NCBI GenBank assembly: GCA_051453625.1
Contig: JBOZIK010000001.1
Coordinates: 45,321,010 to 45,359,089 of the forward strand
Reading direction: 5' to 3'
Source: Welwitschia mirabilis
Lineage: Eukaryota
Length of the DNA stretch: 38,080 nucleotides
Positions 13,701 to 24,740 of the stretch are shown one piece after another. A model generated the notes under the pieces. It was not told the origin of the DNA. It saw nothing but the letters and a program-made list of their open reading frames with translations, and ran no database searches. The translations under genes and the position numbers were made by a program. Position 1 is the first letter of the stretch. The number at the start of each line of letters is the position of its first letter.

Positions 13701-13854
13701 TTTGTAAATTTTTGTAAAACTAAGTTGTTAATGGATTAAGCTAGGAAGACTTTACTAGGGATGGTTTTTTTTTTGTTTCCTCCTAATTGGGTCTTTCACA
13801 ACTTAGAATACTTAGGGTTATCTTACAAAAGTTTCCAAAATGGTAAATTAATAC

Positions 13855-15727
13855 TCACATTTTGCATAAGGATTTTAAATGATCATTAAAAATAGGATTT
13901 GTATATAATCTATCTAACCAAGGGGTGGCAAGTTTATAATGTGAAGAATTTTTCTTTTTGTTACTTAATGCAAAAGGAAGAAAATGATTTTCTAAGATTT
14001 CTATGTCCTCTTCTTCATTATTTTTGTCACTTTGTGATCTGGAAGCTTTATGGGTGAGAGGTATTATTTTATTTCCACTTCTTGTCACTACCTTACAATC
14101 TTTCTTAACTTTATTTTGGTTTGGTAAAGGTTGAGTGGCAAGTGACCCTTGTGGTTTTTGGTTAATAAGCATGATTTATTGCAAAATACTCACAAGATTT
14201 TCAATGTCTGATTTTATTCTTTCCTATATTTTTCTTAACTCATCAATAAAATTCCTCAGAGGATCACTTTGGTTTTTTTATTTAGATGAGCTTGATTGAT
14301 TATTTGAGTTGTTTGATTGGAAGTATATATTATCAAATCTCTTTTTAAAAGGTTGGAAGTTAGAATGGTTTGTTTAAAAATTTTTAAAATTGGATTGAAA
14401 ATTTTTAAAATTGGATTGTCCATTCATTCTAGGTTGAAAATTGTTGTGATTTTGGATTTGACTTTGATTATGGATTTAGTTAAAGTTTGAGGACCTTTGG
14501 TTAAAAGAACATACTTCCTCATAGTTTCTTTCTTTGTAAGTTGGAAGTAAAGGATACTCTTTTTTAACATGATAATTATCTTTACATAAATCACAAGTAG
14601 GTTCTACAACTACACTCTTTTTGGTTGCCACCTTTGCATCTAAAATCATCTGAGTGTATTTTTTTAAAGTTGTGATGAAATCCTTAATGACATTTGTTGG
14701 TTTATTTTAAGTTCTTGATTTTTCTTTTTCTTGTTTAACCTTCTTAAGATCTTTAATGATTTGACATACAATTCAATTTTTTCTAGATGAGGGTTTAGGC
14801 CAAGTTTACTCACTTCTACCAACTCTTCCAATACTTTTCAAGCTTTTTATAAGTTATGTTTTAGCAAATATCCTCCACACAAAAAATCAACTAGTTTCTT
14901 TATTTAACTAGTGAGTTCACTATAAATGTAGTCTACTAATTGGTTTTGAGAAAAACTCTCTATAGGGTTTAAATGTAAAGCAATAAAAAATCTCTCATAG
15001 GTAGAGGCATCATCTTTATTTGGCTATTATTAAAAGTTAATTATCTCTTTCTTATGTTTTATAATGATGGTTTCACTCATAAATATTTTAATGAAAGCTT
15101 CTTGAACTTGACTTCATGATTTTAAAATCTTATGAGAAATTGTTCTTAATCAAAGTTTAGCTTTACTTTTTAAATTGATAGGAAAAATGAAATGTAAGTT
15201 CTATCACTATTTTTTTCTTACCATTTTCTGAACTGAGCACTAAGTATTCTATGTTGATAATCTATTGTAAAATATCTTTATCAAGTTCACCACTATAAAT
15301 GAGATAGGCATGTAAGTTTATAAGTTTGAGATCATTACCAAAAGATAAATCAAAAGGGGTTTGGATTTCAAATTTCTTATTAGTAATTAATTCTCTAAGG
15401 GTAAAACTTGCATTAGGTTTAATAGGTATAGTTATAGGGGTTTTGATGATAAGGGACGGATTATTAAATCACTTTATTTTACTTTTATGATGAGCTAGAA
15501 AAATTTAAAATTTGAAAACTATCATCAAAACAATCTTTTAAAAAATTTTCTCTTGTAAAATCAAACTCTAAGGAAATAAATGTAGAAATTTCTAGAGTTT
15601 TTGAACTTTGGATATCTTTGTTGTGTGTACTTAAATTAATTTTGAAGTCAATCAAAACTTCTTGGATATTTTCCTCTATGAATAGATGCTCTATTTGATA
15701 TTTTTCATTCTTACTATATTTTACCAT
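13855..15727 (-). pseudogene. Athila gag, degenerate
   Basis: ATG at 15727, ~440 nt after the PBS; Zn-knuckle-like CDLCKDNYH (~14567-14593); N/Q-rich linker; QGSLATQPLPN...CKVVTRSG (cf. G.LPS.T.PNP...CKAV.LRSG). Confidence 0.8.
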
Positions 15728-16169
15728 GCATGCTTAGTTTTTTATGCACAGAGTGTTATCCCTTTAGTCATCTAGATGATAGTCTACATGAAAAAAACAT
15801 AGAAAACACATAAAATGGAAAACACAGAAAACAAAAATGTAAAAATGATAAACACAAAAACCTTAAGAAAGCATATTGTCATCCACCTAGGTTATCTTGA
15901 TGATAGAGAAAATAATAGGAAAAATCCTAAAAAAAAATTTGAAAGAAATAAAAGGATAAAAACTCAAGGCATAAAGGTCATCATCACTACATGTCATCTA
16001 GATGATGAGTTAGACAATAAAGCTTCTATTTTAGTATGCAAAAACTAAAACTATAAAGAGAAAATCTATGCAAGTTTATATAAAAATACAATATAGCTAT
16101 AGGCAAGAATTTGAATCAAAATTCAAATACTTACTAAAGTAATGACAACTCTCAAACTCCAAGTAGCCT

Positions 16170-16187
16170 TCCCTGGTAATAATGCTA
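16170..16187 (-). promoter_or_regulatory. Decayed tRNA-Asp PBS (Athila type), copy 1
   Basis: tccctggtaataatgcta versus TCCCCGGCAACGGCGCCA (reverse complement of TGGCGCCGTTGCCGGGGA): 7 differences, all C>T or G>A; 3 nt from LTR terminus TGTTG at 16191. Confidence 0.85.
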
Positions 16188-16190
16188 AGA

Positions 16191-16516
16191 TGTTGTGATG
16201 CATATTCTTGAAAATGATTACACACATGAAAATCCTATCATTCATAATAAAATAGATATCTACACAACACAACATACTAATATAGATGAGAGTTGACCTA
16301 AATATCATAATCCATTGAAGGCCTAAAGTAGAGAAAGAAAATTGATTTCAAAAAGAAATACTTATTTATTCTATCATCAAAAATAAATTGTAATGTAGAA
16401 AAATACAATGCAATATACTTATGTACAGTTGATTTAAGAAAGAAAAATAATAATGCACCTAAACTAATAATTCTCAACCTTGACAAAGGTTTCCTTCATA
16501 ACCTATATCACTAAAG
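16191..16516 (-). repeat. Athila 5' LTR, copy 1, truncated by gap
   Basis: Starts tgttgtg, the exact inverse of cacaaca (19395-19401) that ends the complete LTR copy; homologous to ~3824-4110 and 18297-18625. Confidence 0.88.
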
Positions 16517-16616
16517 NNNNNNNNNNNNNNNNNNNNNNNNNNNNNNNNNNNNNNNNNNNNNNNNNNNNNNNNNNNNNNNNNNNNNNNNNNNNNNNNNNNN
16601 NNNNNNNNNNNNNNNN

Positions 16617-19401
16617 GGTTGCCACCTTTGCATCTAAAATCATCTGAGTGTAGTTTTCTAAAGTAGAGATGAAATCCTTGATGACACTTATTAGTTCATT
16701 TTTTGTTCTTATTTCTTCTTTTTCTTATTTAACCTCTTTAAGCTATTTTAATGATTTGACCTACAATTCAGTTTTCTCTAGATGAGGGTTTAGGCCAAGT
16801 TTGATTTACTTTTATTAACTATTTCAAAAATTTTCAAGAATTTTATAAAGTAAGGTTTAACAAATTTCCTCAACATGAAAGTCAACTAGTTGCTTTATTT
16901 GATTATTTAATCCATTATAAAAGTAGTCTATCAATTCTTCTTGAGAAAAAGCATCCACACGATTGGAATGTAAAGCAATAAAAAATCTCTCATAGGTAGA
17001 GGCATACTCTTTATTAGGTAGTTATTAGAAGTTTATTATTTCTTTCTTATGTCTTATAATATGAATTCACTCATGAATCTTTTAATGAAGGCGTATTGAA
17101 ATTGAATCCATGATTTTAAACTTTTAGAAGAAATTTTTCTTAACCAAAGTTTAGNNNNNNNNNNNNNNNNNNNNNNNNNNNNNNNNNNNNNNNNNNNNNN
17201 NNNNNNNNNNNNNNNNNNNNNNNNNNNNNNNNNNNNNNNNNNNNNNNNNNNNNNGCCTTACCTTTTAAAGTGATAGAAAAGATGACCATATAAGTTTTAT
17301 CACTTATTTTTTTTCCTTACCATTTCCTGATGTAAGTACTAATTATTCTGTACCAGCAATGTGTTGTAAAGGGTCTTCATTAAGTTCACCACTAAAAATA
17401 GGATAGACATTTAGGTTTCTAAGTTCAACATCATCACTGAGAGGTAAATTAAAGGGGGTTTGGATTTTACATTTCTTATTAGTAATCAAATCTCTAAGTG
17501 TGACATTGACATTGGTTTTAACATGTGCATTAGAGTGGTTAGAATAACAAGGGGTGGATTTGATGAAGCGGTTTGCTTTTGTTTTTTTGATGAGCTAGAC
17601 ATGTTTGGAAATTGAAAACTATCATTAAAAAAATCTTCCAAAAAAATTTCTTTCACAAAATCAGACTCTAAAGAAATAAAAGTAGAAATATATGGAATTC
17701 TTAAACTTTACATACTTTTTCTGTGCTTACCTGAGTTAGTTTTGAGGTCAATCAAATCTTCTTAGATAATTTCCTCTATGAATAGCTACTTTCTTTGGTA
17801 TTTTTTTTTCTTACCAGAGTTTACCATACATGCTCAATCTTTTGATGCATAGAGTATCATTCCTATAGTCGTCCAGATGATAGTATAGAATAAAAAAAAC
17901 ACAGAAAACATAAGAAATGAAAAATGGAGTAAACAGGAATATGAAATTGATAGATACAGAAAATACAGATAGCAAACTATTATCTACCTAAGTTATTTGG
18001 ATGATAGAGAGGATGATAGAAAAAACTCTAAAACAAATTTGACAAAAATAGAAAGCTAAAAACTTATGGCACAGAGGATGTCGTTGCCGCATGTCATTTA
18101 GATGATAAAGTAGATTTTATAACTTTTATTACCAAAAAAAAAAAAAAAACTAAACCTTGCAAAAAGAAAAACTATGGTACTGTAGCTAATAATATAATGA
18201 TGCTATAGAGAAACATCTGAATTGAGATCCAAATACTTACCTGAGTAATGATAACTCTCAAACTCAAAGTAGCCTTTCTCGGTAATGATGCCAAAATATT
18301 GAAGTGTATATTTGTGCGAATGATTTAAGCTTAAAAAGATCTTGTCATTCATAAATAAAATGGATATCTACATAATACAGCACACTAATATAGACAGGAG
18401 TTGACTCGTATGTCATAATCAATTGAAGGCCTAGGCTAGAGAAAGAGAATTGATTTTCACAAGAAATACTTTATATCTTATCAATAGAAATAAATTGCAA
18501 TGCAGATGAAAAAAGTAAAATGCAACACACTTATACAAAGTTAATCTAGGAGTAAAAAGGATTAATGCTCCTAAACTAATAATGCTCAATTTTGACAAAA
18601 GTTACCTTCATAACCTATATCACCCAAGAAACTATCACTAAATTATAAGTAACATAAACTATGAAGGATAAGAACAACAAACATAGAAAATGATAAAAAA
18701 AATCTTTGTATTACTCAAATCACATCCATGTTACAAAGTAGCTACACCTCAATAGAGGAAGCACAGCCTAACACTAATGAAGACATCTCTTTGCAACTAC
18801 AAGAATGGATCTGTGGCCCTTAGATATCCTATAATAAGAATTTCCAATGAAAACGAAGACAAGATGGAGCCAAGGATAGAATTAATACTTATTGATACAA
18901 AGCATACAATAATAAGAGAAACAAACAGGCACGGGCACAATCCTATTGTCTATGTAAAAAAAATGCAAATAAATGACAAGGATTAGGTGAATATTTAGTG
19001 GGATGTTACAAGAGGTGTCATCTGGCTGGTCGTTCAGACGATATAGGGAATGATGCCATCTAATAAATAGTCCATATTACTATCAAATTGATCACAGTCA
19101 GCATCCTTATTGGCTTTAACTATTCTGTTATCCATACTATCATCCAGCCAATGAGGTGAATGATAGGCTTTTACAAGCATTCAGCTAATGAATTTAGCCT
19201 TACTATTTGTAGGATGTTTATCTCAAAAGTAGAAAGTATTAGGAACTGCTCTAAATGCTATAAAATATCATGGAGATTGCGTGTTCTTGTCTCTTTCATC
19301 TAAGCTCTTCATTATCGTGGAAATCTAACATATAACTATCTAATATCCTATAAAAATACTCAAAATACCTTATCAAATATAAATAAGCTAGTAGCACAAC
19401 A
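16617..19401 (-). mobile_element. 5' end of a second Athila copy: complete 5' LTR (18297-19401), PBS (18276-18293), leader, gag start (ATG 17827)
   Basis: 16617-18296 is colinear with ~14623-16190 but diverged. PBS ttctcggtaatgatgcca has 6 C>T/G>A differences from consensus. LTR runs tattg...cacaaca. Confidence 0.9.
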
Positions 19402-21045
19402 ACTGGCTTTCTCCATGGAGGCTTAAAAAAATAAATAAACATTATGCAATTATAGGGTTTTGAAGAAAAATAAAAAGAACATAAGGTATTTAGATTGATC
19501 AAGTCTTTATATGGGTTAAAACAAACATCGAGAGATTGGAATACTAAGCTTGCAAATATTTAAGTTTCATTGGATTTAAATTATGTGATTACCAAGATGT
19601 GGATGTCACATTATTTATAAATCTGAAGGATAAAAATCCATGCACATAGTGGTATATGTAGATGATGTGCTGATAACAGGAAGTAATAAAGAAGATGAAA
19701 AATGAACAAAAATCACATTAAGTAAGGCATTTAAGATTTCTAAACTCAGATTAGCCAAACCCTACTTAGGTGTAGAAATTGTTTAGTAAAATATTAGAAT
19801 CTTCTTTAACATAAAAGAATTGCATCAAAGGTCTCATCTAAAAAATTGAACTAAAAGATGTAAAAGAAGCTATAACGCCTTTAAAGAAAAATGTTAAAAT
19901 ATTTGCTGATGAATACTTAGAACCTATGAATAAAATGGAATATAAAAGTATAGTAGGAAGTTTGATTTATGTAATCAACACTACATCGAACATATTATAT
20001 GTTGTTGATGTGTTGTTAAGATATCTTCATGTGCCTAAGGTTACTCATCTAAACACTACAAAAAAGGTACTAAGATACCTAAAGAAGGAAAAAAGAGTTA
20101 GGTCTCACCTATAAAAGAAACTCTCAATTCATCCTTAAGGCATAACTCAGGTTTTGCCAATGAAATTAATTCCTCATTATTAATATTAAGGTGTATCATG
20201 TTCTTAGGAATAGTGCCCTTGTCTTGGCGATCAAAGCATTAGAGAACTATAACATGATCTTTTGTTGAAGTTGAATATACAACTACTTCTAAAGCATGTA
20301 GAGGAATGAAATGGCTAAGAAAATTATTAGAAGTAGTGAACTTAAAATAGACTAAGGCAACAAAACTCTTCATCAACAATCAATCAAAAATTTGCATAGT
20401 GAAAGATCTAGGTCACTATGATAGGAGAAAACACATTTGTGTTAAGGTCCATAAAATTAGGGAACTCATACAGAATGAAATTATTATCAAACCATAGAAC
20501 AAACTATCAATATCCTTATAAAATCACTTAATCGAGAGAAGTTCCTGTATTTCCAATTCAATATTAGATTGACAATGAGTTGAATCAAATTCATTGCTTT
20601 CTTGTCCATCATGGGCTTCATTTGACTTATGAGTCTCTAAATTAAAGTCACACTTGATTCTAGTAATATGGGATGTGTAATACAAATATGGCCTAGTACT
20701 ACAGGATGCATAGTACATGTTTTGGTCTAGCATTATGGGATGTGTAATGCATAGAATAAGACTATCTACTATAGTATGTGTAGTAGTAAATTGACTACTT
20801 TCTTCATGAAGTAGTTCTCTCACATGACAACTCCTTTTCAAAGGTTTTATTGTAGGTCACATTCCCAAGGTTTTTCCCTAAGCACTCTAGTTTTTTGTTA
20901 GAAGAGAGAATATCCCCACGATGAGAGGGGAATTGCTAAAGACTTGTACACACCATGGTCTCATGCCTAAGGATTCATGAAAACCCTAGTTGTCTCTTTA
21001 TGAAATAATTAGAGCAGAAAAGAAATAAATTTAATTTTAAGAACT
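19402..21045 (+). mobile_element. Ty1/copia 3' half, copy 1: RT, RNase H, 3' UTR, PPT (20923-20932), LTR start (20934)
   Basis: TGFLHGGL (cf. TAFLHGDL), KSLYGLKQTSRDW, VYVDDVLITGS (YVDD at 19655-19666), YKSIVGSLIY, KKVLRYLK, WRSKH*RT...EVEY, RRKHICVKVHKIRE; PPT gagaggggaa followed by TG. Confidence 0.92.
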
Positions 21046-21099
21046 CTTGTGTCTTAATCTTGGCACTCTTGTTTCTGAGTAGAAAAAATGACCCAACAA

Positions 21100-21769
21100 G
21101 ACCACTATTGAGGATCTGAACCAGAAGAATAAATTTATGAAATTCAAGAAGAAGAAATTGAAATTATAGCCTCTCTACATCCTTTACAATAAGAGGTAGT
21201 AAAAGCTTGAGAATTAAGCAATAGCCCATAAGAAAGAAAACTACAAATCTGAAGCCACAAACATTCTAAGAGATAATATTCATTAAGGTATACATAAGGG
21301 AGAATAACCCCATCAATGTTAACCAGAACATCTATATCAACATCCATACCTTCGAAAGTAATAATTAGATTCAAAATAACATGCTGCAAAGAAGTCTATT
21401 GAGGAGTTATAGAAGCAGAAATATTATGAGATGGAATATGTTTAGATATTTTTCAACCTATTACTAAAATAAAACCTTCCACATCCATAAGTGATTGATT
21501 ATTAGAAGAAGAAGAGGCCTTCTTTGAGGAAGAAAGTGGTGAAGGTAGGAAAGATGCATTTCGTGTACCTTTAAAAGACTGATTTTTAGATTTTTCAATC
21601 TTATCATTTCCTACAGGTTCTAAAGAAGAGTGAACAGTATATGGTAGTGGATTTGAAACAACTTTCTATGTTTTACCAAAAGAGTAACTCCTTGAGTACA
21701 ACACTTAATGTAGACGCATTGAGAGATGTGATGATCATCATAATGATAACATATACATGAGTTTGGCAA
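21100..21769 (-). mobile_element. Probable LINE (L1-like) ORF1 C-terminal remnant
   Basis: LPNSCICYHYDDHHISQC fits CX2CX4HX4C with the second Cys changed to Tyr (TGT>TAT), preceded by LP; then a Ser-rich stretch with DVEGFILV, resembling the DxxGFxxV motif of plant LINE ORF1. Confidence 0.5.
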
Positions 21770-21869
21770 NNNNNNNNNNNNNNNNNNNNNNNNNNNNNNN
21801 NNNNNNNNNNNNNNNNNNNNNNNNNNNNNNNNNNNNNNNNNNNNNNNNNNNNNNNNNNNNNNNNNNNNN

Positions 21870-23200
21870 TAAGACATTCTTAGACTGGCTAGATTCTACT
21901 TAAGTGTAGAAATTGTTCAGCAAAATAATGGAATCTTGTAATGCAAAAGTAGTACATGCGAGATCTAATCTAGAAATTTGAACTAAAAGATACAAAATAA
22001 GTTGTAATGACTTTAGAAGAAAATGCTAAGATATCTACTAACGAAAACTCAAAACTTAAGAATGAAATATAATATAGAAGTATAGTAGGAAGTTTGATTT
22101 ATATAACACTAGATCAAACATATCATATGTTATTGATGTGTTATCAAGATATCTTCATGTGCCTAAGGTCACTCATTTGAATACTGTAAAGAAAATACTG
22201 AGATACATAAAGAAGACAAAAGAGTTAGGTCTCACCTATAGAAGAAACTCTTAGTTCATCCTCAAGGCATACTATGACCTAGATTTTGCTGAAGAAACTG
22301 ATACCTCCTTGTCAACATTAAGGTATATCATGTTCTTGGGAACATCATCTCTGCCTTAGCAATCAAAGCATTAGAGAACTATAGCATGATCTTCTATTAA
22401 AGCCAAATATACTGCTACTTCCAAAGCATGTAGAAATATTGAATGACTATGAAAACTATTAGAAGCAGTGAACCTGAAATAGACTAAGGTAACATAACTC
22501 TTCATTTACAACCAATCATCAATTTGCATGGTGAAAGATCTGGTGCATCATTATAATACACGACACTTTTATGTTGGGATCCATAAAAATAGGGAACTCA
22601 TACAGAATGAAATTATTACACTAGTGTACTATCCATAAAACAAACTATTAATATTCTTGCAAAATCACTTGGTTAAGAGAAGTTCTAGTATTTTCCATGC
22701 AAGATTGGCTTAACAATGAGTTAAGTCAAAGCCTTTTCTTATTTTATACTTCATGGGTTTCATTTGATTTATGAGTCTCTGATTGAAGTCATACCTAATC
22801 CTAATGCTATGATATGTGTAGTACAAATATGATCTAGTACTGTAAGATGTGTAGTACATGTTTTAGCCTAGCATTATGACATGTGTAATGAACATAAAAA
22901 GCCTATCTACTATGGGATGTGTAGCAGTAAATTAACTGCTACTTTTACAAAGTAGTTCTTAATAAGATAACTCCTTTTCAAATGTTTTATTATAGGTTAC
23001 ATTCCCAAGATTTCCCCCAAAGCACTCTGGTTTTTCCTTGAAAGAGAGTGTATTCCCATGTTGAGGGGGGAATTACTAAGACTTGTACATACTGTGGTCC
23101 CATACCTAGGGATTCGTGAAAACCCTAGTGATGTGCTTATCTAAATAAGTAAGCTCTTTGTAAAATAATTAAAAAAGGAGAAATAAAATGTATCTTTTGA
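21870..23200 (+). mobile_element. Ty1/copia 3' end, copy 2: RT end, RNase H, 3' UTR, PPT (23063-23072), LTR start (23074)
   Basis: Colinear diverged paralogue of ~19740-21045; YRSIVGSLIY, KKILRYIK, KAYYDLDFA; PPT gaggggggaa. Confidence 0.9.
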
Positions 23201-23249
23201 AAATGTTATGCTCTCCATGCTTGAGTTCTGTTATTTCCTAGCACTATTC

Positions 23250-24740
23250 TCTCCTAACTTTTAATCAATTGTTCTCTTATTTTCTTCCAATATGTATTTA
23301 TAATAATCATTCAAATTTAAAGCATCTATTCATTATTATCAATAATGGTAGGCCTCTATCTTTGTTTCCATATATTTTTATTTATCCCTTGAAGATTTGC
23401 ATAAATCATTTTTAAATACTCCCTATGGAAAAGACCCCTCACTATGCATAAATGTGATGATCTTTTACTAATGCTTGATATATTTAACATCATATTTCTT
23501 TGTTACATTCAAATCCTATGGCAAATACATTAATAGTTTAGGCCTATTTCTTATAAAGACTTTCAAATTATTCTTATCACATAGAGCTATTTTTAGTTTT
23601 GTAATTCATTCATAAGCCATTTTTAATTTCTTGGTAGCCTTCTTTTTAATTTTTTAGAGATGAATTTAATTTGCTATATTGGTTATCTCCTACTCCAATT
23701 TATCATTGCTTTTTTTCCTTAATTCAATTGGAATTTTAAAAAATTTATTTTTAACTTTTAAACATGAATTGTAATTATATAGTTCTAAAGTGTCCTCCTT
23801 TGTCTTCAAAAATATTTGTGTTTCATCTTTAAAGGAGTTTAAATCATTGCTAAGAGTATCAATCTTTTCTAATTCTAAAGCTTTAGAGAATGATTTGGGC
23901 TAAGAAGAATAAGTAGAAAAAATCTATTCTAAAGTAAATTATGTTGGATCTTCCCCCTTCACCCTTATAGTCAATTGTAATAACCCCACGCTTTATGAAA
24001 CAAATGAAGATTCATTAGGCCATGACTAAGAAAGTATCTATGCTAAACTTTGTTCTTGTTTGATTTTGAAAATAATTAATTCCTTTATTCTAAATAATGA
24101 TTGAATAGTTAATTTAACACATGGCTTATTTACTTTAAAACTCACTCTTTTTTCTTTTTGTATTCTTCTTACCAAGAGATAAAATCCTAGCCTAATGATT
24201 CCTAAGATTCTAACTTTTTCATTTTAATAATATCCTATTATTCATTGAAAACATCCTATAAATATATCAATATTCTTTTGCCTTATGGAGTCTATAGCAG
24301 CTTATCATAGATAAAACTAGTTAGACTCATCCCTTTCTACTTATTAATAATAGGGATGAGATTGTTAGCTATGATTCTAATAATCTTATATAGTTCAAGT
24401 TCTAAGTTTTTATTAGAATTTACCCTTCCTTCTTTATTAGAAAGTCTCCCTAACAAAGTCATATTGAATTTAGTATTCTCTTCCCTATTAAAACTTTTAA
24501 GTGATCAATCTTCTCTAGGTAAATACAACATCTTTTTATTATCTTCTTATGAAAAAGTAATCCCTTAATTACTAACTAGTGTGGTTAGAACTCTGTCTTG
24601 TTTGTTATACTTCAAGTTCTTACAAAATTTGAAAAATGATGTGATGTTGTGTTTTTCATCTAAAGTAAGTTACTATCACCACCTTAATTCTATAATTTTT
24701 TATTTCAACTTGACTAAGTATATCTAATTTACATTCATTA
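23250..24740 (-). pseudogene. Degenerate retrotransposon accessory ORF (same motif pattern as 5418-6691) with K/E-rich coiled-coil-like C-terminus; ends approximate
   Basis: Minus strand: KIIELRW...FFKFCKNLKYNKQDRVLTTLVSN*GITFS*EDNKKMLYLPRED; LELELYKIIRIIANNLIP; RLGFYLLVRRIQKEKRV. Confidence 0.65.

Larger units (their letters stand above)
3785..16516 (-). mobile_element. Athila-type Ty3/gypsy LTR retrotransposon, near full length, degenerate, possibly a mosaic of paralogues across gaps
   Basis: Order on the minus strand: LTR (16191-16516), tRNA-Asp PBS, gag, PR, RT, RH, INT, long 3' region with extra ORF, LTR (~3785-4885). Athila-style motifs WVSPLMVVP, KTTFTLPFGTF, IEIFMEDLSIY, PFDY*GIYFIGP, LTSKWLGPY. 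Confidence 0.9.

Noticed and set aside
16170-16187. tRNA gene
   Set aside because: Only the 18-nt complement of a tRNA 3' end (PBS); no cloverleaf. No rRNA or tRNA genes were recognised in the window.
21088-21400. Plus-strand E/Q-rich pseudo-ORF starting MTQQDHY
   Set aside because: Many stops and no motif; the minus-strand CCHC/LINE reading explains the region better.
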